Shown in pieces: positions 20,026 to 30,407 of a stretch of 64,000 nucleotides of DNA (within the stretch, counting starts at the first letter, position 1; every line of letters starts with the position of its first letter). This stretch comes from Candidatus Vogelbacteria bacterium RIFOXYD1_FULL_46_19 (GTDB lineage Bacteria > Patescibacteriota > Minisyncoccia > Phycocordibacterales > XYD1-FULL-46-19). A program made the position numbers and the translations under genes. Under the pieces are notes generated by a model. It was not told where the DNA came from and ran no database searches. It saw nothing but the letters and a program-made list of their open reading frames with translations. The stretch covers positions 70,020 to 134,019 of the forward strand of contig MHTK01000002.1 of NCBI GenBank assembly GCA_001824825.1. The letters are read 5' to 3'.

Positions 20026-21762
20026 CTAGACACTGATTTGTTCGCGCCAAAGGGCGGAGTACAAGCCCCCGGCGATGACGAGTTCGTGATGACGTCCGGA
20101 CTCAATGATTTTACCCTTTTCAAAAACGTAGATTCGATTAGCGTGGGCAATGGTCGAGAGTCGGTGGGCAATGAGAATTGTGATCAACTTTGGTTGAGCT
20201 TGCTCTATATTTCTGATGGTATCAGTAATGGCTTTTTCAGTAATGGAGTCTAAACTAGAAGTTGCCTCGTCAAAAACAATTAAGTCTGGTTGGCGCAAGA
20301 GGGCGCGGGCGATGGCCAGACGCTGGCGCTCCCCGCCTGATAGTTTGATGCCACCCTCACCTATTTTGGTGTCTAGTTTATCACCGCGGGCTAAGATTGT
20401 TTCAGCTTGGGCTAGTTTAAGGGCCTGCATACAGTCTTCATCGTCGGCTTCGGGTTTAACGAAGAGGAGGTTGTCTCGAATGGTCCCAGCAAATAGTTGA
20501 GTTTCCTGAGCCACTAGTCCGATTCGTTGACGTAGTTTTTCAATATCCAGTTGGGGGGTGGGTATACTGTTGAAAGTAATTTGTCCCGCCGTCGGCAGAT
20601 AAAGGCCGGTTAAGAGTTTCACCATCGTGCTTTTACCTGACCCCGATGGCCCAACCAGGGCGATAGTTTCTCCGGCCGATACCTGTAGGCTGACGTTTTG
20701 GAGAACATCTTGGCCAGTAGAGCTGTAAGCCAAACTTACATTGTCATAATTAATGGTGTTTATTTGGTGTAAAGGGGTAGCTTGGTCTGGTTTGGGGGTA
20801 GGCGGTAGAGATAACAAATTATCAAGTTGAGCCAAGCTGGCCCGGGCCTCCTGATAACTTGAAGCTACCGTTCCTAATTGGGAGAGGGGCATAAAGATGG
20901 CAAACGAGTAAAAAAGTAAACTAAAAAATTCTCCCAAAGTAATACTGCCACGGAAGATGAGCCAAAGCATTAGGAGCATTAAACCGGAGCGGAGAGCGTT
21001 AATTAAAGTTCCTTGGATAAAGTCTAGCGACCGCACCAGTTTCACTTTTTTTAGTTCAAGCTCTAAAATGGCATCATTGGTGCTATTAAGGCGCTTAATT
21101 TCCTGATTTTCTAGGCCGAGACTTTTAACTAGTTCCACATTACGTAGAGTTTCGGTGGTGGCTCCGGATAGCATGGCAGTTTCCTGAACAATTCTTTGCT
21201 GAGCCTCTTTGATTTTGCGGCTTAAAATAAAAGTGGCCATACCCAAGCTGGGCACAATCAGAAAGTAAACTAAACCGATTAAGGGATGAACATAAGTCGC
21301 GTAAATTAAAACGAAAATCATTCCAACTAAAGACAGAAATAAAATATTGATGGCATTGGTGATCAGTAACTGAGAGTCGGCCCTAGCTTTTTGTAGTTTG
21401 TTTAATAGCTCACCTGATCTTTCGTCTTCAAAGACAGCATAAGGCAAAGAGAAGGCATGGGCTACGCTTTTGGCATACAAGCGGTTGCCGGAGCGCTGGG
21501 TGATAACATTGACATAATAATCTTGAAAGGCCTTGGCGACACGGGAGATAAAAGCTACCGCGACTACACCTAAGAGTAGTAAGCCCACTCCCCTGATGAA
21601 ATCGGCTGGGGCTAATTCACCCGGTCTGGTGGCGTAGTTGTCCACTATTAAGCGAAAAAGTTGAGGGTCCAAAAGGGAAAAAACCTGATTGATAGTAGCC
21701 AGGATTAAGGCTCCAATCAACAAAGGTTTATGATTAATTAGTTCTGCCCACAAAAGTTTCAT
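20026..21762 (-). CDS. ABC exporter, fused permease-ATPase
   Basis: N-terminal TM domain; GPSGSGKS, LSGGERQR, DEATSSLD, IAHRLST. Confidence 0.95.
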   Translation of the reverse strand: MKLLWAELINHKPLLIGALILATINQVFSLLDPQLFRLIVDNYATRPGELAPADFIRGVGLLLLGVVAVAFISRVAKAFQDYYVNVITQRSGNRLYAKSVAHAFSLPYAVFEDERSGELLNKLQKARADSQLLITNAINILFLSLVGMIFVLIYATYVHPLIGLVYFLIVPSLGMATFILSRKIKEAQQRIVQETAMLSGATTETLRNVELVKSLGLENQEIKRLNSTNDAILELELKKVKLVRSLDFIQGTLINALRSGLMLLMLWLIFRGSITLGEFFSLLFYSFAIFMPLSQLGTVASSYQEARASLAQLDNLLSLPPTPKPDQATPLHQINTINYDNVSLAYSSTGQDVLQNVSLQVSAGETIALVGPSGSGKSTMVKLLTGLYLPTAGQITFNSIPTPQLDIEKLRQRIGLVAQETQLFAGTIRDNLLFVKPEADDEDCMQALKLAQAETILARGDKLDTKIGEGGIKLSGGERQRLAIARALLRQPDLIVFDEATSSLDSITEKAITDTIRNIEQAQPKLITILIAHRLSTIAHANRIYVFEKGKIIESGRHHELVIAGGLYSALWREQISV

Positions 21763-21892
21763 AATTTGAAAGTAAAGTTAATCCAATTACTAGTTAGACA
21801 ATACTAACATAAAGACCTCGAGCCGGGCGAGAGCGATGGTTATGATTTGTAGTTTAGTAGTAAAAAATTAATTAAAAGAGTGAAATTACAGA

Positions 21893-23431
21893 TTAGTTTT
21901 GAATTTTCGGGCGATATGATAGCGCTTCCAAGAGATGTGGTTCTTTAATGTTCTTCTCTTGATCTAAGTCGGCAATGGTCCGGGCCAGCTTGATGACCCG
22001 ATGATAAGCTCTGGCCGATAAGCCCAAGCGGCCCGCTGACCGATTTAGTAGATTTTCTAAGTCAGCTGACAGTGGGGCTAAAGCTTTGATATGACGATTA
22101 GACATTTCGGCATTAGTGGTGAGACCGCTGTCTTTAAGACGGGCCGCTTGAAGCTGGCGGGCGGCCATTACTTGATGTTGAAGGGTTGTGGAACTTTCTG
22201 TTTCGTTACTTCTTAACAAATCCTCGTGCTTTACTTCTGCCACGTGCAACCAAACATCGATGCGGTCGATAATCGGGCCGGATAATTTTCGCTCATAACG
22301 GTTTAGCGCTTGAGGGCCACAAACACACTCGCGTTGTCGGGAACCGCGCCAGCCACAAGGGCAAGGATTCATAGCGGCCACTAAAATAAACCTAGCCGGA
22401 AACTCCAAGCTGTGTTTGGCCCGGGCCACGGTAATTTTACGATCCTCCAAGGGTTGCCGGAGGGACTCAATCACCCGCTTATCAAATTCGGCAAACTCAT
22501 CGAGAAATAAAACACCGTGATGGGCCAAGGTGATTTCTCCGGGTTTAGGCGTGGCACCTCCACCGACTAAAGCCACATAACTGCTGGTGTGATGAGGGGC
22601 ACGAAAGGGTGGGGTGGTCACCAAGCCGCGACTGGTCCCAGCTGCTGAGTGAATACCGGTTGTCTCTAGTATTTCCGCTAAAGATAATGGAGGTAAAATG
22701 CCAGTAAAAGCTCGAGCCAACATGGTTTTGCCGGTGCCCGGTGGCCCAAACATCGCCACATTGTGGCCACCGGCGGCCGCAATCACGAGACCTCGCTTAG
22801 CGGCGGTCTGACTTTTAACTTCGGAAAAATCTATTTCGGCTTTGGGGGCAACGGTTTTAAGTCTGGTCGGTCTGGTGGGTTTAAGGTCAAAATTAAGTTC
22901 AGTGTTTTGGTCGGGTTTGGACGATAAGTGGGCGGTAACCTCTTTTAAGGTGGAACAAGGTCTGACAATAATACCACTAATCAAGGCTGCTTCTCGGGCA
23001 TTGGCGGCCGGTACAAATATTTCACTAAAGCCGGCAGCTTGCGCTTTCTGGGTTAAAAACAAGATTCCCCGTACCGGTCGAATCTGTCCGTCTAGAGCCA
23101 GTTCCCCAATAAATATTTTGTCCTCGGAATTAAAATCTATTTCTTTGGTGGCTTTCAAATAAGCGAGGGCCATGCCTAGGTCAAAGTGGGTGCCACTTTT
23201 TTTCAAGTCAGCTGGCGACAAAGAAATAATGACCTTGCGGTTTCCGCGGGCGGGCGCTTTAAAGCCGGAGTTTTTAATGGCGGCGTTCAAGCGGTCTTTA
23301 GCCTCTTCTACGGCTTTATCCGGCAGGCCGACTAGAGAAAACGAGTGTAGGCCTTTGCCGATATCCACTTCAATACCAATAACATCGGCCACGAGGCCGA
23401 TGAGTTGAACTGAATTAGTTGTCGCAAACAT
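21893..23431 (-). CDS. comM: ComM/YifB Mg-chelatase-like ATPase
   Basis: VGLPDKAVEE, GPPGTGKTMLAR, PFRAPHHT, LAHHGVLFLDE, MNPCPCG. Confidence 0.92.
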   Translation of the reverse strand: MFATTNSVQLIGLVADVIGIEVDIGKGLHSFSLVGLPDKAVEEAKDRLNAAIKNSGFKAPARGNRKVIISLSPADLKKSGTHFDLGMALAYLKATKEIDFNSEDKIFIGELALDGQIRPVRGILFLTQKAQAAGFSEIFVPAANAREAALISGIIVRPCSTLKEVTAHLSSKPDQNTELNFDLKPTRPTRLKTVAPKAEIDFSEVKSQTAAKRGLVIAAAGGHNVAMFGPPGTGKTMLARAFTGILPPLSLAEILETTGIHSAAGTSRGLVTTPPFRAPHHTSSYVALVGGGATPKPGEITLAHHGVLFLDEFAEFDKRVIESLRQPLEDRKITVARAKHSLEFPARFILVAAMNPCPCGWRGSRQRECVCGPQALNRYERKLSGPIIDRIDVWLHVAEVKHEDLLRSNETESSTTLQHQVMAARQLQAARLKDSGLTTNAEMSNRHIKALAPLSADLENLLNRSAGRLGLSARAYHRVIKLARTIADLDQEKNIKEPHLLEALSYRPKIQN

Positions 23432-23440
23432 AGAGAGGGT

Positions 23441-23803
23441 TTAGGCTCCGACGTGAGCCAGACAAGTGGTGGCGGCCGGGTTGGCCTCGAGGCGGGCCGG
23501 TTCGATCTCACCGCCACAGACCTCACATAGGCCGAACTGATCTTGGGCGAGGCGGTCCAGAGCTTTTTCTACTTCAGCCAAACTGCCCCCCAGGGCTGCT
23601 TCCTGACTTTGGCGTTCCTCCATATCTTCTAGTCGGTCGGCTACCTCGTCTCTGGTTTCAACAGGTTGGTCTTTTTCGGAAGCCATCGTACTCCACTCTT
23701 CTGGCTCGACATGAGTCTCATTAGTGGCGATACTTTTTAAGTCTGCCTCTAGTCGCTCTTTTTCGGCTAATAATTTTTGTTGATAGTGGTTTAAGTCAGT
23801 CAT
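23441..23803 (-). CDS. DksA/TraR-family zinc-finger protein
   Basis: Coiled coil plus CEVCGGEIEPARLEANPAATTCLAH; ATG 23803 preferred over TTG 23809. Confidence 0.88.
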   Translation of the reverse strand: MTDLNHYQQKLLAEKERLEADLKSIATNETHVEPEEWSTMASEKDQPVETRDEVADRLEDMEERQSQEAALGGSLAEVEKALDRLAQDQFGLCEVCGGEIEPARLEANPAATTCLAHVGA

Positions 23804-23842
23804 GGTCAATTAATGGTAGCACTATGTTTAAGGCTAATCAAG

Positions 23843-25138
23843 CTACTGGGTAGCCGTGGCTTTACCTCTTTCATAGGCACTTTGGACCTTAAAAAAGGCC
23901 TCCGGGCTTTCCGTAAACACTAAGGTTTTACGGTCTAAAAAGGCGTATAAGGCGATTACTTCCCCAGCGCTGTTTTTAATCACTCGAGTATCAAGGTTGT
24001 TGATTATTTGGTCCTCAAAAGGTTGGAAACGGATAGCGAAAGTATTTTCTGGTGGGGCCAACTTGCCAAACAGGGCGTGAGTGATCAGGCTGCCTTCGCG
24101 CAGCAAAATATCAAAGGTGTGTTCAAAACTGCGGGTCGTGAAAATAAAAATATGGGATTGATTTTGGCCCGGGGCATCATAAACAGCTGTCATAAATTTC
24201 GGTTCTAAAAAGTGAACAAAGTCAGCTGGTAGTCCGAGATTGGCCTGGGCCAGGAAATCTATGACCGGTAGCACCTCGGTTATTTTTCGGCCATCTTCGG
24301 TTGAGGTGGTGGTAGTAAAATAAATATCAATGAGAGATTCGCGGCTAGGGACCCCACGCCAGGCGGTCGCGAGGGCTGACATTATTTCATCTGGGGTTAG
24401 GCCGTCGATAGCAATAACCCGTTGGTCCTCGGCAAACACTAGCGGTACGACCATTTCAGCCTTAACACCGGCCAGACGCTTGGAGTAGACATGATAGGCC
24501 CCATAGGCGACAACCAAGCTACCAGCTAAAAAAGCTAGACCCAACAACCAAACCGCCAGAGATAAGCGAGTTTTTTTACGGGTTGCCGCCGTAGCCCGAG
24601 ACGACTTACTCAATTCTTGTTCTTTAGCCTGCAGGGCAAGCTTGGCTTCACTGGTGCCGGTAGCTCCTAAGTTAGAAAAAATATCAGTTGAAAAAGTACG
24701 CCCTTTGGCCAGTTCAGGGGGCGCGGAAGCTATCGCTGTCATTTCTTTTTTAGCCTCATTGATTTGTTCGCGGTATTTATCCCACTGGCCTGGTGGTGGG
24801 GCGGTAATGGGAATTTCCGGGTGGCCCTTTTGGGCGGCTAAAATTTCCCGCTTTTTTTTAACTATCTCAATTTGTTGCTGACGCAGAAGTTCTTCTCGTT
24901 CTTTTTTCTGGACTAGTTCCCTTTCTCGCCGCCGCTCGGCCCCCTCCATAGCGTGACGGGCTTCACTCCTTTTTTCGTTAAGTTCACCCCCGGCGTTAGT
25001 GGGTCCGCTAGCGTCCCCTACCTCGGTAGAATCAACTGAAAAAAACTGATCAGGTTCAGTTTTTTTTGGTTTCGCCCGACCGGCACTCATGGCTTGCCTG
25101 GCGGCTTGTCTTTTTTGTTCTAAATCGGCGTCGGACAT
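23843..25138 (-). CDS. Single-pass membrane hypothetical protein
   Basis: 431 aa; charged N-terminus, one TM, C-terminal globular domain. Confidence 0.8.
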   Translation of the reverse strand: MSDADLEQKRQAARQAMSAGRAKPKKTEPDQFFSVDSTEVGDASGPTNAGGELNEKRSEARHAMEGAERRRERELVQKKEREELLRQQQIEIVKKKREILAAQKGHPEIPITAPPPGQWDKYREQINEAKKEMTAIASAPPELAKGRTFSTDIFSNLGATGTSEAKLALQAKEQELSKSSRATAATRKKTRLSLAVWLLGLAFLAGSLVVAYGAYHVYSKRLAGVKAEMVVPLVFAEDQRVIAIDGLTPDEIMSALATAWRGVPSRESLIDIYFTTTTSTEDGRKITEVLPVIDFLAQANLGLPADFVHFLEPKFMTAVYDAPGQNQSHIFIFTTRSFEHTFDILLREGSLITHALFGKLAPPENTFAIRFQPFEDQIINNLDTRVIKNSAGEVIALYAFLDRKTLVFTESPEAFFKVQSAYERGKATATQ

Positions 25139-25176
25139 AATTTAAATTACTTGACCGTGGGTCGCCTAACTTCGTT

Positions 25177-26436
25177 CTACTTTAACCAAGGAAAAGTTTT
25201 TTTGGCTTCCTTGATTTGTTCTGGCGAGAGTGAACTGCCTTGGCCAGCCACATCTTCTTTAAAAGTGCGAAGTTTAGGTAAGTCGCTGGTTTCGTTTGGC
25301 AAGAAAGGTGGTACGTCTATTTCGTCTTGATTGGTTTTAGAATTTACCCCAGAGATATTTCCCTCAATCTTGACGGCGGAAGCCTCCGGGTCGGGAGTGT
25401 TGCCCGCTTTATTTTCAGTGCCAGTGTTGGGGATACTTATTGTTTCAGCTTTTGGATTGGGATTTGGTTCGGAAGGAGTCGTTGTCTGAGTTGGGGTGGC
25501 CGCGGCTTTAGCTTTTTGTATAGCCTCCTGGCGTTTCATTTCTAGGTCGGCACGTATTTTTTGTTCGAGCGCATTTTTTTGGGCTTGGGCTAAAGCTTGT
25601 TTTTGAACTTCGGCCTGACGCTGTTTTTCGGCGGTAGCCTGCTCGGCCGCCTTCGCTTCATCCTCAGCTTTTTTACGAGCTAAGAGTTCGGCCCGTGCCC
25701 GTTCCCGTTTGTCGGCTTCCAACGCTTCAGCTTCTTGGCGCCGTTTTTGTTCCGCTTCTATTTGTTTAGTTTGTTCGTCTGCCTGTTGACGTTCTTCTTC
25801 CAGTCGTACTTTTTCTTTAGCGGCTTGAACTTCATACTCTAAATTTTCAATTTGTTTATTAATGACATCTTCTTCATCCAAAAGTTTCTGATAGGCATCG
25901 GTATTTTTTTTGAGGTCAGCTTCAATGACCAGAACTTTATTTTCTAGTTCCCATTTACGTTTTTCTAAATCTTTTCTTTTATCTTGAACAGCCCAACGTT
26001 TTTTTTCAAATTGCTGTCGTTCGGTTACATCGCTGGTGGTGTGTTCCTCACCTTCTAAAACGTCTTCTTCTAATTCGATTTTTTCTTCTTCCTGTTTGAT
26101 TGGTGTCAATAGAGTTTCGAGTTCACTTTGTTTGCCGCTCAACACCACCCAGTTGATCTCCAATTTTTCTTTTTGCTTGCCGATGAAACTGAGTTGTTTT
26201 TCCAGTTTTGAATTCTCATCCCTAACTTTTTTTTCAGTTTCTTCTTCCTCACGTTTAACCGTTCGCTCCGGGCCTTCCATGGCGAGTCGGGCGGCTTCTA
26301 GTTTGTCTTTAAAATTTTCCGGTTCGATCGGGTTAGCTGCCGGCTCGTTCGTCGTCGGTGTAGTTGGTTCTGTTGTAACTGGATCGTTCATACTTTGTTC
26401 CCCGTCATTTTTTGGTAAAGTGTTTTCGTCTGACAT
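25177..26436 (-). CDS. Coiled-coil hypothetical protein
   Basis: 419 aa, E/K/Q/A-rich; TATAAT 7 nt before ATG. Confidence 0.8.
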   Translation of the reverse strand: MSDENTLPKNDGEQSMNDPVTTEPTTPTTNEPAANPIEPENFKDKLEAARLAMEGPERTVKREEEETEKKVRDENSKLEKQLSFIGKQKEKLEINWVVLSGKQSELETLLTPIKQEEEKIELEEDVLEGEEHTTSDVTERQQFEKKRWAVQDKRKDLEKRKWELENKVLVIEADLKKNTDAYQKLLDEEDVINKQIENLEYEVQAAKEKVRLEEERQQADEQTKQIEAEQKRRQEAEALEADKRERARAELLARKKAEDEAKAAEQATAEKQRQAEVQKQALAQAQKNALEQKIRADLEMKRQEAIQKAKAAATPTQTTTPSEPNPNPKAETISIPNTGTENKAGNTPDPEASAVKIEGNISGVNSKTNQDEIDVPPFLPNETSDLPKLRTFKEDVAGQGSSLSPEQIKEAKKTFPWLK

Positions 26437-26535
26437 TGTTTACATTATAAAGATAACGCCGCTCTTATACTAGCGGCGTTATCAATTCTTTTGTGAATTA
26501 CTAGTGAAACAGCTCATCTGTTAAAATTGTGCTTT

Positions 26536-28653
26536 TTAAGCAGTAGTTGATGATGGCTTGATAAAGTCTGGATCTGCTTTTTTAATCGAGAGATTGATGC
26601 GGTTTTGATTATCGATTTCTTTGATGACGACTGGCACTGCTTGCCCGACAGCTAAGTGGTCGCCCACTTTGTCGACGCGGAAGGTGGCAATTTCGGAAAC
26701 ATGCACCAGACCTTCAGTGTCGGGACCAATTTTTACAAAGGCCCCAAAGTCCATTAAGCGTGTAACTGTACCGGTGAAACGTTCACCAGCTTGGTATTCG
26801 TGCGTTAAATCGCTGATGATTTTTTTAGCTTGTTCAGGTCCGTCGCCACGACCGGTAATGAAGACCGTGCCGTCTTCCTCAATATTTATTTCAGCCCCCG
26901 TCTCGTCGCTGATTTTATGAATCATTTTGCCGCCGGGGCCAATTACTAAACCAATTTTCGATACCGGAATAGTAAGGGTGGTAATGCGCGGGGCTGATTC
27001 TTTTAGGGCGGTGCGAGGGGTGGCAATAGCCGCGGTGATTTTGTCTAAAATATGCAGGCGCGCGGCTTTCGCTCCGGCGAGGGCTTCCACTAAAATAGGT
27101 ATCGGTATACCGTCGACTTTAATATCGAGTTGAATTCCGGTGACCCCTTCGGAGGTACCGGCCACTTTAAAGTCCATATCACCATGATGGTCTTCTGGTC
27201 CTTGAATGTCGGTTAACACTTTGTAATTTTTCTCGGTGTCAAAAAACAAACCCATGGCAATCCCGGCGACCGGCCGCGTGATGGGTACCCCACCATCCAT
27301 CAAAGCTAGAGTGGAAGCACAAACTGAACCCATGGACGTGGAACCGTTCGACGCGAGGGCCTCGGATACTAAGCGAATGGTGTAAGGAAAAGTTTCACGG
27401 TTGGGCAACACGGCGACGAGTGATTTTTCGGCGAGTGCCCCGTGGCCAATGGCCCGGCGATTCATCCCACCCAAGCGCCCGGTTTCGCCCACGGAAAATG
27501 GTGGGAAGTTGTAGTGGTGCATGAAGTATTTTTTACCTTGCGTTTCAATGTCTTCAATCAGTTGTGAATCTTGTGGACCGGATAAAGTTAAAACCGACAA
27601 GATGTGGGTGCCGCCACGATAAAAAATTCCGGTGCCGTGGACCACTTCGGTTAGCCCGCCGGCTTGCGCAAAAATCGGCCGCACTTCATCTAAGACGCGA
27701 CCGTCAGCGCGCCGACTGTTAGACAAAGCTTCGGTGTGCAAGACTTCATTAATTTTTTCATCCAAGAATCTAAGACCCTCTCCAACTTGGTCGGGGGCTT
27801 CAGTTTTTAAAATTTCTTTCCAGGTGGCAGCTAGTTCCCCCATTAAACCTTTACCTGGTGTACCGGAAAAAACATGATCGATTAATTTAGGAGCGATATA
27901 CTGGTCAAACAATTTACTAACGATGGCGCTAGTTTCCGGCCAGGTGACCGGGACTTTAGTTTTGCCGACGGCGGCAATAATTTCCGTTTGCCATGATTGT
28001 AGTTTTTCAATTTCTGTTACCGCCTGCTCGAAAGCGCGCGCTAAAATATCTTCTGTCACTTCGCGCGCTTCGGCTTCGATCATGTTAATATTTTTATTTT
28101 TTCCGCAGACCAGTAAGTCGAGTGCCAAGTCACCATTTTCGGTGTTGGCGGGATTGACGGTGAAGTTGGCAAGCTCGCCCGACTTTAGGCCGAGACGGAC
28201 CGCGGACACCGGACCGTTCCACGGAATGTCGGAAGTAGCGAGTGCTAGTGACGCTCCTAAAATGGCCGGCACCGACGGATCGTTTTTGTCATCAATCGAT
28301 AACACGGTGGCAATGACTTGTATCTCTTGGCGCAAGCGGTCGTCGAACAACGGGCGGATAGTGCGGTCGATCATCCGACCAGTGAGCACTGCTTCTTCAC
28401 TTGGTCGGCCTTCTCTTTTTATAAAACGACTGCCTAAAATTTTACCGACGGCGTAAAACTTTTCTTCGTAGTCGACAGTTAGGGGGAAGTAGTCGATATC
28501 GTCGCGACTCTTCACGCCCATCACGGCTGTCACTAAAACGACAGTGTCCCCCAACCGCACCATCACCGAGCCGTTGGCTTGGTCGGCCAAGTCGGAAAAA
28601 GTAGCGGTGAGTTTACTACCTCCCAACTCCGTGGCAAATTCTTTGGTTTGCAT
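26536..28653 (-). CDS. pnp: Polyribonucleotide nucleotidyltransferase
   Basis: FPLTVDYEEK, KREGRPS, SNGSTSMGSVC, EDHHGDMDFKVAG, KH and S1 domains; ATG at 28653. Confidence 0.97.
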   Translation of the reverse strand: MQTKEFATELGGSKLTATFSDLADQANGSVMVRLGDTVVLVTAVMGVKSRDDIDYFPLTVDYEEKFYAVGKILGSRFIKREGRPSEEAVLTGRMIDRTIRPLFDDRLRQEIQVIATVLSIDDKNDPSVPAILGASLALATSDIPWNGPVSAVRLGLKSGELANFTVNPANTENGDLALDLLVCGKNKNINMIEAEAREVTEDILARAFEQAVTEIEKLQSWQTEIIAAVGKTKVPVTWPETSAIVSKLFDQYIAPKLIDHVFSGTPGKGLMGELAATWKEILKTEAPDQVGEGLRFLDEKINEVLHTEALSNSRRADGRVLDEVRPIFAQAGGLTEVVHGTGIFYRGGTHILSVLTLSGPQDSQLIEDIETQGKKYFMHHYNFPPFSVGETGRLGGMNRRAIGHGALAEKSLVAVLPNRETFPYTIRLVSEALASNGSTSMGSVCASTLALMDGGVPITRPVAGIAMGLFFDTEKNYKVLTDIQGPEDHHGDMDFKVAGTSEGVTGIQLDIKVDGIPIPILVEALAGAKAARLHILDKITAAIATPRTALKESAPRITTLTIPVSKIGLVIGPGGKMIHKISDETGAEINIEEDGTVFITGRGDGPEQAKKIISDLTHEYQAGERFTGTVTRLMDFGAFVKIGPDTEGLVHVSEIATFRVDKVGDHLAVGQAVPVVIKEIDNQNRINLSIKKADPDFIKPSSTTA

Positions 28654-28751
28654 ATTTAAAATTGGCGCTCGCGGACAGATCGCCAAGTCGAACGGTTGCC
28701 CGTTAGAGTCTGGTTATCTGACCACCAGCAGATTAGGAATAATTGACCATA

Positions 28752-28780
28752 AATTACCACACCTCCCCCAAAAGAAAAAG
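28752..28780 (+). repeat. 29-bp direct repeat, left copy (island boundary)
   Basis: AATTACCACACCTCCCCCAAAAGAAAAAG, identical to 32793-32821. Confidence 0.95.
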
Positions 28781-28859
28781 CCACATGAAGGACAAAGAAC
28801 TTTTTGGTTCAAGTGCCTAACACCCGGCGGCGGTCTTTGGCATGTGGGGTATGGTTTAG

Positions 28860-30395
28860 TTAAAGATCTTGATTATTTCCGTAGTTAACATTAACTAAGC
28901 CGGGTGAGATTTTCCCATTTATAATATCTAGGACTTTTTCAGTCACCGCTTTAGGTGGGGTGGATAGTTTTTTCAGTTCTTGGCCGTAGGTATTGATGTA
29001 AGCATCTCCGAGGGTAGAAGGGCTGATCAACGGGGTGTTGAGGTAGTAAGCTTCAAATATGTCTTGGTAGTGTCTGTTTATCTCGCTTACTAGTGAAAGC
29101 AGGGCTGAGTTGCTAACACTGTAGTTTATTAAGTGTTTGTGTTTGGCGGTTGGTTTGCCGGCTAGCCAAATTAATTTAATTTTGTGGGTCGGGCGGTTTT
29201 TAAGTAGAGCATTTAGTAATAATAAACTGCCACTAAGTTTGGTCGATATTAAATCTTTAATACCGTTTACGGTTAAATTTTCCAGATCTCCTTTACCGTT
29301 GCCGGGGTCCGCTGAAAAGATTATTACATGGGTATCCGAGGTCTCTTTTAAAAGTGTTTTTACTGAACTTGCGGAATTAATATTACACACTCTTTCATGC
29401 CAAAGTTTTTTACTGACTATTTTGGCTGATCTACTATAAAGCCATACGTCCCACCCTGCATTTTTTAGCTGGTTACCAATAGTTCTCCCTAAAGAATATT
29501 TTTTGGTTCCAGCTACTAATACTTTTGGGGTGTATCCTTTATGGGCGGTTATAAATGCCCAACCAATTTTTTTGCTTTTAACTGCACTTACTATACTTAA
29601 GTACCGGTTTTTTAGATCCCGCTCTGCTCGGCTTGGGTTGGCTACAATTTCATCCATTTGGTGAGCAAGTTTTTTGTAGGTATTTACCATATCTTCATTT
29701 TTTTGTTCAATTTTTATGTTTGAAAAAGATAGTCGTTTTAAGATTCTTTTGTAGGTAGCTGAAGATAACCCGTTGTCCCAATTAACCAGTTCTTTTATAA
29801 GTTGGGCTTCATTATTGTTTAAACTTTTGGTGGTCTCGTTTGATAAAAAGTCGGCTATAACCATAACTCCACCCGGGGCCATTAGTTCATACAAATTAGA
29901 AAATAGTTTTGATTTATTGGGTATCAAAAAAATTGCGTCTTGGCTAATAATGTGAGTAATAGTATTTTTTTGTTTAGCGAGTTTTTTGTCTATGTTGGAG
30001 GCTCTACTTCTGATAAAGCTTATATCTAGAATTCCAGCTGTTAAATTTGACGGTTTACTGTTAATTAATTTTATTTTTTTGTTGGCTTCTTTAATCATCT
30101 CATCACTAATATCTACTCCAATACCTTTGCAGTGATATTTTAAACAAATATCAATTAATGTTTGACCAGTGCCACAACCAATATCTAAAACGACAGAGCG
30201 CGAGTCTAGTGTTCTGGATGTGTTAACTTTGTTTATTAAGTGTTCTGTTGCGTTTAAGAATGACTTACTTAATGAATCATTTTTCGACGAAAACAAACCA
30301 ACGTGCAGGGTGTGATGTTTGGGATCCCACGTTTTGTCGTAATGTTTTTTTAGGGAGTTAAATTTTTTTCTAGTTTTTTCCTCGGTGGTTATCAT
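28860..30395 (-). CDS. SAM-dependent methyltransferase fused to an SDR-like Rossmann domain
   Basis: VLDIGCGTG, GVDIS, MAPGG in the N-half; VLVAGT..SLGR and YSVSNSAL in the C-half. Confidence 0.8.
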   Translation of the reverse strand: MITTEEKTRKKFNSLKKHYDKTWDPKHHTLHVGLFSSKNDSLSKSFLNATEHLINKVNTSRTLDSRSVVLDIGCGTGQTLIDICLKYHCKGIGVDISDEMIKEANKKIKLINSKPSNLTAGILDISFIRSRASNIDKKLAKQKNTITHIISQDAIFLIPNKSKLFSNLYELMAPGGVMVIADFLSNETTKSLNNNEAQLIKELVNWDNGLSSATYKRILKRLSFSNIKIEQKNEDMVNTYKKLAHQMDEIVANPSRAERDLKNRYLSIVSAVKSKKIGWAFITAHKGYTPKVLVAGTKKYSLGRTIGNQLKNAGWDVWLYSRSAKIVSKKLWHERVCNINSASSVKTLLKETSDTHVIIFSADPGNGKGDLENLTVNGIKDLISTKLSGSLLLLNALLKNRPTHKIKLIWLAGKPTAKHKHLINYSVSNSALLSLVSEINRHYQDIFEAYYLNTPLISPSTLGDAYINTYGQELKKLSTPPKAVTEKVLDIINGKISPGLVNVNYGNNQDL

Positions 30396-30407
30396 AATAG
30401 TCTAAAA

